Both the position numbers and the translations under genes were made by a program. The notes beneath the pieces are model-generated. The model was not told where the DNA came from. It worked only from the letters and a program-made list of their open reading frames with translations, and did not search any database. Below, piece after piece: positions 41,501-56,500 of a stretch of DNA of 64,000 bases (positions are counted from its first letter, which is position 1; the number at the start of each line of letters is the position of its first letter). This stretch comes from Leucoraja ocellata (taxonomy: Eukaryota), in NCBI GenBank assembly GCA_036785375.1, contig JAWMAR010000252.1:2232001-2296000 (forward strand). Direction: 5' to 3'.

Positions 41501-44500
41501 GGTTTTTATATCACAGCTGAGCTCATAAACATCATTTTCAGTTGCACTTCTTTCCCCTCCTTTCTTCAATGTCACTTCATCCATAACAAGTGAGTGATCG
41601 CCTCTGTCAGTATGTACTTACTGGCTGTTGGGTTTGGTTGTTCAATTAAAACTTCCACTCGTCTTCAGTAAAAGTCTAATAATTTGACCTATCCACTACA
41701 ATTTCCAATAACAAGCATTGGTCTAAATATTGAATAAAGGGATCATTCTAAATTTTCCAGTACTTGTAAAATATAATCAGTCTCAAATGTTAATTCTTAA
41801 TAGATGCTGCTTGACCTACTAAGTAGTTCTAGTCATTTCTACATTCATTTGTCTTATATCTGAAATCTGCTTGAGCGGTATGAGAATTGAGTTGACTGTG
41901 ATTTGAGTTTGTTTGTTATTTTCCAGAAGAAACATCAACTGTGACATCAACCAGCATTCCTTCCACAACAGGTAAGTTTTGGCTTTTTCAAGATATATTT
42001 ATTTTGCAATCTCAACTTATTACAATGAAAATCCATTTGTTTTCTTCTCTACCATCATCATCATCGTTGAAAACATCAACGTGCACGAGCCTTACAATCC
42101 TATGTACGACAGTGATCACAACTTCTACTGAAGTGTGGATGGCCGTTGGCCCGCTAGGAGCTCATCTGTCCTTTGACAGGTCTTGTTTTTGGTCCTTCAG
42201 GGGGTTCACAGCCTCCTCCTCATCTGGCAAATCAGGCGGGGGAGACAGTTTAGTCGCCGACTATCCAACCATGGAGCAGGTAGCACCGGATTACACGGTA
42301 CCCGTGGCGGGGGGTACTCCCCCTATTTTCTCTAACTTTTCGGTATATTAGACCCTGTTCCCTGTTCCCCATTTTTACTTTCATAAGTAAAATGGTCAGT
42401 CGCTCACAATGGCAGCTACTTTTATCATCATGCGGGAATTTGAACTCACTTCTTTATAATAATGTGCTAGATAACTTCATTATGAGGGCATGCGAGGAGG
42501 CTGTTTGACCCATTGGGTCCTTTCCAACAGTACAATGTCATGTCCCCTGCTTATTTCCCTGGAACTGTACAACATATTCTCTCTCACATCCACTCTCCTT
42601 TGACTCTTTTGGTATTGGCCTATACAAAGGGATAATTTACAATAGCCAATTAATCTACCAGCATGTCTCTGAGTGACAGGGGGAACCCAAGGAAGTACAG
42701 GTAGCCAATATAAGCTCCATACAAACAGCACCTTATATCAGGGTTGAACTTGGATCTCTCAAGCTTTTAGGCAAAGATGAGACATAGCCTTTCACAGCAG
42801 TGGTCTTCCTTTATCTTATTTATCCTGGAGCTGCTACCTTTTTGCCATTTCCCTCTTGTCCACCAATTAATCTCTCCTGCATATATGGTATATCTTTTCA
42901 CCATATACAGTACGTAGCATGTTTAAAGGTGATATGGTGAGGCAGCGCAACTACTCCAATAATGTCCTTCAATAACACGCCGAGACCAACCCATCAAAGT
43001 GGAAAGAATATCTGGCTGTTAAAATCATGCTATAGTTAGTGCACAGCTGCAGTCAGCTGCCTGATAAGTGACATCTCACGTTTGTGCTGTATGCTTTTTC
43101 CACATTGTTCTGTTCTGCACTGGCAATTACTGTTTCCTTATCTGATACTTGAGGTTGTATCTTAGTTTAGATCAATCAACAGTTCCCCAAACATATTGTT
43201 ATTATTCCCATTTTACTGGTCCCATTCCCACTTAAACTGTAATTTGGAAGATTAATTTTAATGCACAACCATGTTTCTCAAAGCTTGTTTTTTATATTTA
43301 TGTTTATACTTTCCACTCTGTATTGTTTTATACAAGTTTGCCTTATGTTTTCTTTCTTTACATTACAGTGCCAGTCTGTTTGGGTGTATGGTCTCCTTGG
43401 TCTAATAAGCATACACCATCAGCGTTATCTCCAGATGATTATGAATTGTTGAAAACATATGGCCATACATTGTGCCCATCTTCTTCCGATGAAATTACTA
43501 ATATTCAGTGCCAATTTGCCGACCATCCTGCCTGGCCACTAAGTGTATCGTCAGATCTTGTGACCTGCAATAAAGACATAGGTTTGATCTGCACGTTCTC
43601 TGGAAATCCTTTTGGCAACTTTTGTCATGACTACAGAATTAGAGTTTGCTGCGTGCCAACTGAGACTACAACTGTCCCCATGACTACAACTGAGTCTACA
43701 ACCAGTCCCACAACTGGTGAGTACTTGTGAACAGTCATTTTAAAGGAAGGACAACAATGTCCAAAGTATGCCCAACTTGTGCTAGAATTGAACCAAATAC
43801 AAATGTTACTGCTGAATGTCACGATGATTATAAATTTGCAGTGAATTTTGACCATATTTCAGTACAATTTCTGTCAGTATGTCCTTTGCAAGATGGGAAG
43901 TAATTAAGGGTGTTTATTTCCACTTTACACAATCTCTTTTGTAATTGGGAAATATCTGCTGAATTTGCCGGTCATTCATAATCTTGTATTCAAGATGGAT
44001 GAATTAATTGTCCGTGAACTTATTTTTCTTTTGAAGAAACATCTACAACAACCAGCACGACTGAGCCCACAACCACTTCCACAACTGGTGAGTAATGATA
44101 TTATCAAGAATCATTTGCGATTCATTTTAATACAGTACACGCCTCTGCCAGAATACATATGCACATACTGATTATCTATGCATATACAGATCATTTTGAT
44201 TCTAAATAAATGTAATTCATTTATTATTTTCCATTTTTTTTTAAATACCACGGTGACACCAAACACCACCACCTCCACAGCAGGGGAGTGAATGCCTCTG
44301 TCAGTATGTTATTACCGACCATTAGGTTCAGACATTTTTCTTAACCGAATGGATTTAATTGCAGAAGAAACAACAACAACAACAACAACAACAACAGAGG
44401 CAACCACAACTGAGTCTACCACCAGTCCCACAACTGGTGAGTGACACCATCTCCAGTAATTTTTAACAGTCATTTTAAAGGACCGACAACAATGTCCAAA

Positions 44501-47500
44501 GTATGCCCAGCTTGTGCTGGAGTTGCACCACATACAAAAGTTACTACTGAATGCCGTGTTGATTATAAATTTGCAGCGGCTTTTGTTGAAATTATTCCAC
44601 AACTTCTTTTAATTTATGTAATATATGCTGATTTTTTTACTACTTTCTCAAATGTGCCTTTCCTCAAGTTGAATATAAAGGGCATGTATGCATTTGTTTA
44701 CAGAAGAAACAACAACAACAACAGCCACGACCACAACAGAATCTACCACCAGTCCTACAACTGGTAAGTGATAACTTCTTTTGCTCACAATGGCAGCTAC
44801 TTTTATCCTCATGCGGGAATTTGAACTCATTTCTTTATAAGAAAATGATAGGTAACTTCTTTATTTGGGCTTAGGGGAGGTTGTTTGGCACATTGGGTCC
44901 TTTTCAACTTCCAACAGTACAATGTCATGTCCACTGCTTATTTCCCTGTAACTCTACAACATATTCTCTCTCAAATCCACTCTCCTTTGATTCTTTTGGT
45001 ATTGGTCTATACAAAGGGATAATTTACAATAGCCAATTAATCTACCAGTATGTCTCTGGGTGACAGGAGGAACCCAAGGAAGTATAGGTAACCATACAAA
45101 CAGCACCTTATATCAGGATTGAACTTGGATCTCTCAAGCGAACAGGCAAAGGCAAGGCACAGCCTTCCACAGCTTATTGAGAGTGGTCTTCTTTTCGTTA
45201 TAACCTCTTTCCTGCTTTAACTCTTGATTCTGTTTTATGAATTGACAGCCAAAGTGTTCCTTTATCATATATTATCCTGGAGCAGCTACCTTTTTGCCAT
45301 TTCCCTCTTGCCCACCAATTAATTTCTTCTGCATATATGGTGCATATCTTCACCATATACAGTACGTAGCATGTTTAAAGGTGATATGGTGAGGCAGCGC
45401 AACTACTCCAATAATGTTCTTCAATAACACGCTGAGACCAACCCATCAAAGTGGAAAGAATATCTGGCTGTTAAAATCATGCTATAGTTAGTGCACAGCT
45501 GCAGTCAGCTGCCTGATAAGTGACCACACATTTGTGCTTTATGCTTTATCCCCATTGTTCTGTTCTGCTCTGACAATTACTGTTTCCCTATCTAATACTT
45601 GAGGTTGTATCTCAATTCACATCAATCAACAGTTCCCCAAACATAATGTGATTATTCCCGTTTTACTGTTCCCATTTTCTTTTAAACTGTCATTTGGAAG
45701 ATTCATTTTGATGCACAACCATGTTTCTCAAATCTTGTTATTTAATATTTATGTTTATATTTTCCACTTTGTATAGTTTAATAAAAATGTTTTCTTATGT
45801 TTTCTTTCTTTTCCATTACAGTACCAGACTGTTTGGGTGTATGGTCTCATTGGCATAATAAAAATACACCATCAGCGTCATCTCCACATGATTATGAATT
45901 GTTGAAAACATATGGCCATACATTTTGCCCATCTTCTTCCGATGAAATTACTAATATTCAGTGCCAAATTGCCAACCATCCTGCCTGGCCACTAAGTGTA
46001 TCGTCAGATCTTGTGACCTGCAATAAAGACATAGGTTTGATCTGCACGTTCTCTGGAAATCCTTTTGGCAACTTTTGTCATGACTACAGAATTAGAGTTT
46101 GCTGCGTGCCAACTGAGACTACAACTGTCCCCATGACTACAACTGAGTCTACAACCAGTCCCACAACTGGTGAGTACTTGTGAACAGTCATTTTAAAGGA
46201 AGGACAACAATGTCTAAAGTATGCCCAACTTGTGCTAGAATTGAACCAAATACAAATGTTATTGCTGAATGTCACGATGATTATAAATTTACAGTGAATT
46301 TTGACCATATTTCAGTACAATTTCTGTCAGTATGTCCTTTGCAAGATGGGAAGTAATTAAGGGTGTTTATTTCCACTTTACACAATCTCTTTTGTAATTG
46401 GGAAATATCTGCTGAATTTGCCGGTCATTCATAATCTTGTATTCAAGATGGATGAATTAATTGTCCGTGAACTATTTTTTCTTTTGAAGAAACATCTACA
46501 ACAACCAGCACAACTGAGCCCACAACCACTTCCACAACTGGTGAGTAATGATATTATCAAGAATCATTTGCGATTCATTTTAATACAGTACAAGCCTCTG
46601 CCAGAGTACATATGCACCTACCGATTATCTATGCATGTACAGATCATTTTGCTTCCAAATAAATGTAATTCATTTATTATTTTCCATTTTTTTTAAATAC
46701 CACGGTGACACCAAGCACCACCACCTCCACAGCAGGGGAGTGAATGCCTCTGTCAGTATGTTATTACCAACCATTAGGTTCAGACATTTTTCTTAACCGA
46801 ATGGTTTTAATTGCAGAAGAAACAACAACAACAACAACAACAACAACAGAGACAACCACAACTGAGTCTACCACCAGTCCCACAACTGGTGAGTGACACC
46901 ATCTCCAGTAATTTTTAACAGTCATTTTAAAGGACCGACAACAATGTCCAAAGTATGCCCAGCTTGTGCTGGAGTTGCACCACATACAAAAGTTACTACT
47001 GAATGCCGTGTTGATTATAAATTTGCAGCGGCTTTTGTTGAAATTATTCCACAACTTCTTTTAATTTATGTAATATATGCTGATTTTTTTACTACTCTCT
47101 CAAATGTGCCTTTCCTCAAGTTGAATATAAAGGGCATGTATGCATTTGTTTACAGAAGAAACAACAACAACAACAGCCACGACCACAACAGAATCTACCA
47201 CCAGTCCTACAACTGGTAAGTGATAACTTCTTTTGCTCACAATGGCAGCTACTTTTATCCTCATGCGGGAATTTGAACTCATTTCTTTATAAGAAAATGA
47301 TAGGTAACTTCTTTATTTGGGCTTAGGGGAGGTTGTTTGGCACATTGGGTCCTTTTCAACTTCCAACAGTACAATGTCATGTCCACTGCTTATTTCCCTG
47401 TAACTCTACAACATATTCTCTCTCACATCCACTCTCCTTTGATTATTTTGGTATTGGTCTATACAAAGGGATAATTTACAATAGCCAATTAATCTACCAG

Positions 47501-50500
47501 TATGTCTCTGGGTGACAGGAGGAACCCAAGGAAGTATAGGTAACCATACAAACAGCACCTTATATCAGGATTGAACTTGGATCTCTCAAGCGAACAGGCA
47601 AAGGCGAGGCACAGCCTTCCACAGCTTATTGAGAGTGGTCTTCTTTTCGTTATAAACGCTTTCCTGCTTTAACTCTTGATTCTGTTTTATGAATTGACAG
47701 CCAAAGTGTTCCTTTATCATATATTATCCTGGAGCAGCTACCTTTTTGCCATTTCCCTCTTGCCCACCAATTAATTTCTTCTGCATATATGGTGTATATT
47801 TTCACCATATACAGTACGTAGCATGTTTAAAGGTGATATGGTGAGGCAGCGCAACTACTCCAATAATGTTCTTCAATAACACGCTGAGACCAACCCATCA
47901 AAGTGGAAAGAATATCTGGCTGTTAAAATCATGCTATAGTTAGTGCACAGCTGCAGTCAGCTGCCTGATAAGTGACCACACATTTGTGCTTTATGCTTTA
48001 TACCCATTGTTCTGTTCTGCACTGACAATTACTGTTTCCCTATCTAATACTTGAGGTTGTATCTCAATTCAGATCAATCAACAGTTCCCCAAACATAGTG
48101 TAATTATTCCCGTTTTACTGTTCCCATTTTCTTTTAAACTGTCATTTGGAAGATTCATTTTGATGCACAACCATGTTTCTCAAATCTTGTTATTTAATAT
48201 TTATGTTTATATTTTCCACTTTGTATAGTTTAATTAAAAAAAAAATCTTATGTTTTCTTTCTTTTCCATTACAGTGCCAGACTGTTTGGGTGTATGGTCT
48301 CATTGGCATAATAAAAATACACCATCAGCGTCATCTCCACATGATTATGAATTGTTGAAAACATATGGCCATACATTTTGCCCATCTTCTTCCGATGAAA
48401 TTACTAATATTCAGTGCCAAATTGCCAACCATCCTGCCTGGCCACTAAGTGTATCGTCAGATCTTGTGACCTGCAATAAAGACATAGGTTTGATCTGCAC
48501 GTTCTCTGGAAATCCTTTTGGCAACTTTTGTCATGACTACAGAATTAGAGTTTGCTGCGTGCCAACTGAGACTACAACTGTCCCCATGACTACAACTGAG
48601 TCTACAACCAGTCCCACAACTGGTGAGTACTTGTGAACAGTCATTTTAAAGGAAGGACAACAATGTCTAAAGTATGCCCAACTTGTGCTAGAATTGAACC
48701 AAATACAAATGTTATTGCTGAATGTCACGATGATTATAAATTTACAGTGAATTTTGACCATATTTCAGTACAATTTCTGTCAGTATGTCCTTTGCAAGAT
48801 GGGAAGTAATTAAGGGTGTTTATTTCCACTTTACACAATCTCTTTTGTAATTGGGAAATATCTGCTGAATTTGCCGGTCATTCATAATCTTGTATTCAAG
48901 ATGGATGAATTAATTGTCCGTGAACTATTTTTTCTTTTGAAGAAACATCTACAACAACCAGCACAACTGAGCCCACAACCACTTCCACAACTGGTGAGTA
49001 ATGATATTATCAAGAATCATTTGCGATTCATTTTAATACAGTACAAGCCTCTGCCAGAGTACATATGCACCTACCGATTATCTATGCATGTACAGATCAT
49101 TTTGCTTCCAAATAAATGTAATTCATTTATTATTTTCCATTTTTTTTAAATACCACGGTGACACCAAGCACCACCACCTCCACAGCAGGGGAGTGAATGC
49201 CTCTGTCAGTATGTTATTACCAACCATTAGGTTCAGACATTTTTCTTAACCGAATGGTTTTAATTGCAGAAGAAACAACAACAACAACAACAACAACAAC
49301 AGAGACAACCACAACTGAGTCTACCACCAGTCCCACAACTGGTGAGTGACACCATCTCCAGTAATTTTTAACAGTCATTTTAAAGGACCGACAACAATGT
49401 CCAAAGTATGCCCAGCTTGTGCTGGAGTTGCACCACATACAAAAGTTACTACTGAATGCCGTGTTGATTATAAATTTGCAGCGGCTTTTGTTGAAATTAT
49501 TCCACAACTTCTTTTAATTTATGTAATATATGCTGATTTTTTTACTACTCTCTCAAATGTGCCTTTCCTCAAGTTGAATATAAAGGGCATGTATGCATTT
49601 GTTTACAGAAGAAACAACAACAACAACAGCCACGACCACAACAGAATCTACCACCAGTCCTACAACTGGTAAGTGATAACTTCTTTTGCTCACAATGGCA
49701 GCTACTTTTATCCTCATGCGGGAATTTGAACTCATTTCTTTATAAGAAAATGATAGGTAACTTCTTTATTTGGGCTTAGGGGAGGTTGTTTGGCACATTG
49801 GGTCCTTTTCAACTTCCAACAGTACAATGTCATGTCCACTGCTTATTTCCCTGTAACTCTACAACATATTCTCTCTCACATCCACTCTCCTTTGATTATT
49901 TTGGTATTGGTCTATACAAAGGGATAATTCACAATAGCCAATTAATCTACCAGTATGTCTCTGGGTGACAGGAGGAACCCAAGGAAGTATAGGTAACCAT
50001 ACAAACAGCACCTTATATCAGGATTGAACTTGGATCTCTCAAGCGAACAGGCAAAGGCGAGGCACAGCCTTCCACAGCTTATTGAGAGTGGTCTTCTTTT
50101 CGTTATAAACGCTTTCCTGCTTTAACTCTTGATTCTGTTTTATGAATTGACAGCCAAAGTGTTCCTTTATCATATATTATCCTGGAGCAGCTACCTTTTT
50201 GCCATTTCCCTCTTGCCCACCAATTAATTTCTTCTGCATATATGGTGTATATTTTCACCATATACAGTACGTAGCATGTTTAAAGGTGATATGGTGAGGC
50301 AGCGCAACTACTCCAATAATGTTCTTCAATAACACGCTGAGACCAACCCATCAAAGTGGAAAGAATATCTGGCTGTTAAAATCATGCTATAGTTAGTGCA
50401 CAGCTGCAGTCAGCTGCCTGATAAGTGACCACACATTTGTGCTTTATGCTTTATACCCATTGTTCTGTTCTGCACTGACAATTACTGTTTCCCTATCTAA

Positions 50501-53500
50501 TACTTGAGGTTGTATCTCAATTCAGATCAATCAACAGTTCCCCAAACATAATGTAATTATTCCCGTTTTACTGTTCCCATTTTCTTTTAAACTGTCATTT
50601 GGAAGATTCATTTTGATGCATAACCATGTTTCTCAAATCTTGTTTTTTAATATTTATGTTTATATTTTCCACTTTGTATAGTTTAATTAAAAAAAAAATC
50701 TTATGTTTTCTTTCTTTTCCATTACAGTGCCAGACTGTTTGGGTGTATGGTCTCATTGGCATAATAAAAATACACCGTCAGCGTCATCTCCACATGATTA
50801 TGAATTGTTGAAAACATATGGCCATACATTTTGCCCATCTTCTTCCGATGAAATTACTAATATTCAGTGCCAAATTGCCAACCATCCTGCCTGGCCACTA
50901 AGTGTATCGTCAGATCTTGTGACCTGCAATAAAGACATAGGTTTGATCTGCACGTTCTCTGGAAATCCTTTTGGCAACTTTTGTCATGACTACAGAATTA
51001 GAGTTTGCTGCGTGCCAACTGAGACTACAACTGTCCCCATGACTACAACTGAGTCTACAACCAGTCCCACAACTGGTGAGTACTTGTGAACAGTCATTTT
51101 AAAGGAAGGACAACAATGTCTAAAGTATGCCCAACTTGTGCTAGAATTGAACCAAATACAAATGTTATTGCTGAATGTCACGATGATTATAAATTTACAG
51201 TGAATTTTGACCATATTTCAGTACAATTTCTGTCAGTATGTCCTTTGCAAGATGGGAAGTAATTAAGGGTGTTTATTTCCACTTTACACAATCTCTTTTG
51301 TAATTGGGAAATATCTGCTGAATTTGCCGGTCATTCATAATCTTGTATTCAAGATGGATGAATTAATTGTCCGTGAACTATTTTTTCTTTTGAAGAAACA
51401 TCTACAACAACCAGCACAACTGAGCCCACAACCACTTCCACAACTGGTGAGTAATGATATTATCAAGAATCATTTGCGATTCATTTTAATACAGTACAAG
51501 CCTCTGCCAGAGTACATATGCACCTACCGATTATCTATGCATGTACAGATCATTTTGCTTCCAAATAAATGTAATTCATTTATTATTTTCCATTTTTTTT
51601 AAATACCACGGTGACACCAAGCACCACCACCTCCACAGCAGGGGAGTGAATGCCTCTGTCAGTATGTTATTACCAACCATTAGGTTCAGACATTTTTCTT
51701 AACCGAATGGTTTTAATTGCAGAAGAAACAACAACAACAACAACAACAACAACAGAGACAACCACAACTGAGTCTACCACCAGTCCCACAACTGGTGAGT
51801 GACACCATCTCCAGTAATTTTTAACAGTCATTTTAAAGGACCGACAACAATGTCCAAAGTATGCCCAGCTTGTGCTGGAGTTGCACCACATACAAAAGTT
51901 ACTACTGAATGCCGTGTTGATTATAAATTTGCAGCGGCTTTTGTTGAAATTATTCCACAACTTCTTTTAATTTATGTAATATATGCTGATTTTTTTACTA
52001 CTCTCTCAAATGTGCCTTTCTTCAAGTTGAATATAAAGGGCATGTATGCATTTGTTTACAGAAGAAACAACAACAACAACAGCCACGACCACAACAGAAT
52101 CTACCACCAGTCCTACAACTGGTAAGTGATAACTTCTTTTGCTCACAATGGCAGCTACTTTTATCCTCATGCGGGAATTTGAACTCATTTCTTTATAAGA
52201 AAATGATAGGTAACTTCTTTATTTGGGCTTAGGGGAGGTTGTTTGGCCCATTGGGTCCTTTTCAACTTCCAACAGTACAATGTCATGTCCACTGCTTATT
52301 TCCCTGTAACTCTACAACATATTCTCTCTCACATCCACTCTCCTTTGATTCTTTTGGTATTGGTCTATACAAAGGGATAATTTACAATAGCCAATTAATC
52401 TACCAGTATGTCTCTGGGTGACAGGAGGAACCCAAGGAAGTATAGGTAACCATACAAACAGCACCTTATATCAGGATTGAACTTGGATCTCTCAAGCGAA
52501 CAGGCAAAGGCGAGGCACAGCCTTCCACAGCTTATTGAGAGTGGTCTTCTTTTCGTTATAACCTCTTTCCTGCTTTAACTCTTGATTCTGTTTTATGAAT
52601 TGACAGCCAAAGTGTTCCTTTATCATATATTATCCTGGAGCAGCTACCTTTTTGCCATTTCCCTCTTGCCCACCAATTAATTTCTTCTGCATATATGGTG
52701 TATATTTTCACCATATACAGTACGTAGCATGTTTAAAGGTGATATGGTGAGGCAGCGCAACTACTCCAATAATGTTCTTCAATAACACGCTGAGACCAAC
52801 CCATCAAAGTGGAAAGAATATCTGGCTGTTAAAATCATGCTATAGTTAGTGCACAGCTGCAGTCAGCTGCCTGATAAGTGACCACACATTTGTGCTTTAT
52901 GCTTTATCCCCATTGTTCTGTTCTGCACTGACAATTACTGTTTCCCTATCTAATACTTGAGGTTGTATCTCAATTCAGATCAATCAACAGTTCCCCAAAC
53001 ATAATGTAATTATTCCCGTTTTACTGTTCCCATTTTCTTTTAAACTGTCATTTGGAAGATTCATTTTGATGCACAACCATGTTTCTCAAATCTTGTTATT
53101 TAATATTTATGTTTATATTTTCCACTTTGTATAGTTTAATAAAAATGTTTTCTTATGTTTTCTTTCTTTTCCATTACAGTACCAGACTGTTTGGGTGTAT
53201 GGTCTCATTGGCATAATAAAAATACACCATCAGCGTCATCTCCACATGATTATGAATTGTTGAAAACATATGGCCATACATTTTGCCCATCTTCTTCCGA
53301 TGAAATTACTAATATTCAGTGCCAAATTGCCAACCATCCTGACTGGCCACTAAGTGTATCGTCAGATCTTGTGACCTGCAATAAAGACATAGGTTTGATC
53401 TGCACGTTCTCTGGAAATCCTTTTGGCAACTTTTGTCATGACTACAGAATTAGAGTTTGCTGCGTGCCAACTGAGACTACAACTGTCCCCATGACTACAA

Positions 53501-56500
53501 CTGAGTCTACAACCAGTCCCACAACTGGTGAGTACATGTGAACAGTCATTTTAAAGGAAGGACAACAATGTCCGAAGTATGCCCAACTTGTGCTAGAATT
53601 GAACCAAATACAAATGTTACTGCTGAATGTCACGATGATTATAAATTTGCAGTGAATTTTGACCATATTTCAGTACAATTTCTGTCAGTATGTCCTTTGC
53701 AAGATGGGAAGTAATTAAGGGTGTTTATTTCCACTTTACACAATCTCTTTTGTAATTGGGAAATATCTGCTGAATTTGCCGGTCATTCATAATCTTGTAT
53801 TCAAGATGGATGAATTAATTGTCCATGAACTTGTTTTTCTTTTGAAGAAACATCTACAACAACCAGCACAACTGAGCCCACAACCACTTCCACAACTGGT
53901 GAGTAATGATATTATCAAGAATCATTTGCGATTCATTTTAATACAGTACACGCCTCTGCCAGAGTACATATGCACATACTGATTATCTGTGGATATACAG
54001 ATCATTTTGATTCTAAATAAATGTAATTCATTTATTATTTTCCTTTTTTTATTAAATACCATGGTGACACCAAACACCACCACCTCCACCTCCACAGCAG
54101 GGGAGTGAATGCCTCTGTCAGTATGTTATTATCAACCATTAGGTTCAGACATTTTTCTTAACCGAATGGTTTTAATTGCAGAAGAAACAACAACAACAAC
54201 AACAACAACAGAGACAACCACAACTGAGTCTACCACCAGTCCCACAACTGGTGAGTGACACCATCTCCAGTAATTTTTAACAGTCATTTTAAAGGACCGA
54301 CAACAATGTCCAAAGTATGCCCAGCTTGTGCTGGAGTTGCACCACATACAAAAGTTACTACTGAATGCCGTGTTGATTATAAATTTGCAGCGGCTTTTGT
54401 TGAAATTATTCCACAACTTCTTTTAATTTATGTAATATATGCTGATTTTTTTACTACTCTCTCAAATGTGCCTTTCCTCAAGTTGAATATAAAGGGCATG
54501 TATGCATTTGTTTACAGAAGAAACAACAACAACAACAGCCACGACCACAACAGAATCTACCACCAGTCCTACAACTGGTAAGTGATAACTTCTTTTGCTC
54601 ACAATGGCAGCTACTTTTATCCTCATGCGGGAATTTGAACTCATTTCTTTATAAGAAAATGATAGGTAACTTCTTTATTTGGGCTTAGGGGAGTTTGTTT
54701 GGCCCATTGGGTCCTTTTCAACTTCCAACAGTACAATGTCATGTCCACTGCTTATTTCCCTGTAACTCTACAACATATTCTCTCTCACATCCACTCTCCT
54801 TTGATTCTTTTGGTATTGGTCTATACAAAGGGATAATTTACAATAGCCAATTAATCTACCAATATGTCTCTGGGTGACAGGAGGAACCCAAGGAAGTATA
54901 GGTAACCATACAAACAGCACCTTATATCAGGATTGAACTTGGATCTCTCAAGCGAACAGGCAAAGGCGAGGCACAGCCTTCCACAGCTTATTGAGAGTGG
55001 TCTTCTTTTCGTTATAATCTCTTTCCTGCTTTAACTCTTGATTCTGTTTTATGAATTGACAGCCAAAGTGTTCCTTTATCATATATTATCCTGGAGCAGC
55101 TACCTTTTTGCCATTTCCCTCTTGCCCACCAATTAATTTCTTCTGCATATATGGTGTATATTTTCACCATATACAGTACGTAACATGTTTAAAGGTGATA
55201 TGGTGAGGCAGCGCAACTACTCCAATAATGTTCTTCAATAACACGCTGAGACTAACCCATCAAAGTGGAAAGAATATCTGGCTGTTAAAATCATGCTATA
55301 GTTAGTGCACAGCTGCAGTCAGCTGCCTGATAAGTGACCACACATTTGTGCTTTATGCTTTATCCCCATTGTTCTGTTCTGCACTGACAATTACTGTTTC
55401 CCTATCTAATACTTGAGGTTGTATCTCAATTCAGATCAATCAACAGTTCCCCAAACATAATGTAATTATTCCCGTTTTACTGTTCCCATTTTCTTTTAAA
55501 CTGTCATTTGGAAGATTCATTTTGATGCACAACCATGTTTCTCAAATCTTGTTTTTTAATATTTATGTTTATATTTTCCACTTTGTATAGTTCAATACAA
55601 TTTTTTTCTTATGTTTTCTTTCTTTTCCATTACAGTGCCAGACTGTTTGGGTGTATGGTCTCATTGGCATAATAAAAATACACCATCAGCGTCATCTCCA
55701 CATGATTATGAATTGTTGAAAACATATGGCCATACATTTTGCCCATCTTCTTCCGATGAAATTACTAATATTCAGTGCCAAATTGCCAACCATCCAGACT
55801 GGCCACTAAGTGTATCGTCAGATCTTGTGACCTGCAATAAAGACATAGGTTTGATCTGCACGTTCTCTGGAAATCCTTTTGGCAACTTTTGTCATGACTA
55901 CAGAATTAGAGTTTGCTGCGTGCCAACTGAGACTACAACTGTCCCCATGACTACAACTGAGTCTACAACCAGTCCCACAACTGGTGAGTACTTGTGAACA
56001 GTCATTTTAAAGGAAGGACGCCAATGTCCAAAGTATGCCCAACTTGTGCTAGAATTGAACCAAATACAAATGTTACTGCTGAATGTCACGATGATTATAA
56101 ATTTGCAGTGAATTTTGACCATATTTCAGTACAATTTCTGTCAGTATGTCCTTTGCAAGATGGGAAGTAATTAAGGGTGTTTATTTCCACTTTACACAAT
56201 CTCTTTTGTAATTGGGAAATATCTGCTGAATTTGCCGGTCATTCATAATCTTGTATTCAAGATGGATGAATTAATTGTCCATGAACTTGTTTTTCTTTTG
56301 AAGAAACATCTACAACAACCAGCACAACTGAGCCCACAACCACTTCCACAACTGGTGAGTAATGATATTATCAAGAATCATTTGCGATTCATTTTAATAC
56401 AGTACACGCCTCTGCCAAAGTACATATGCACATACTGATTATCTATGCATATACAGATCATTTTGCTTCTAAATAAATGTAATTCATTTATTATTTTCCA

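Larger units (their letters stand above)
13692..43447 (+). repeat. Tandem array A: 7 near-identical units of ~4.25 kb, each with a CysD exon and 6 PTS micro-exons
   Basis: An identical ORF set recurs. CysD exon spacings are 4259, 4253, 4254, 4251, 4255, 4245 and 4239 bp. Confidence 0.98.
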
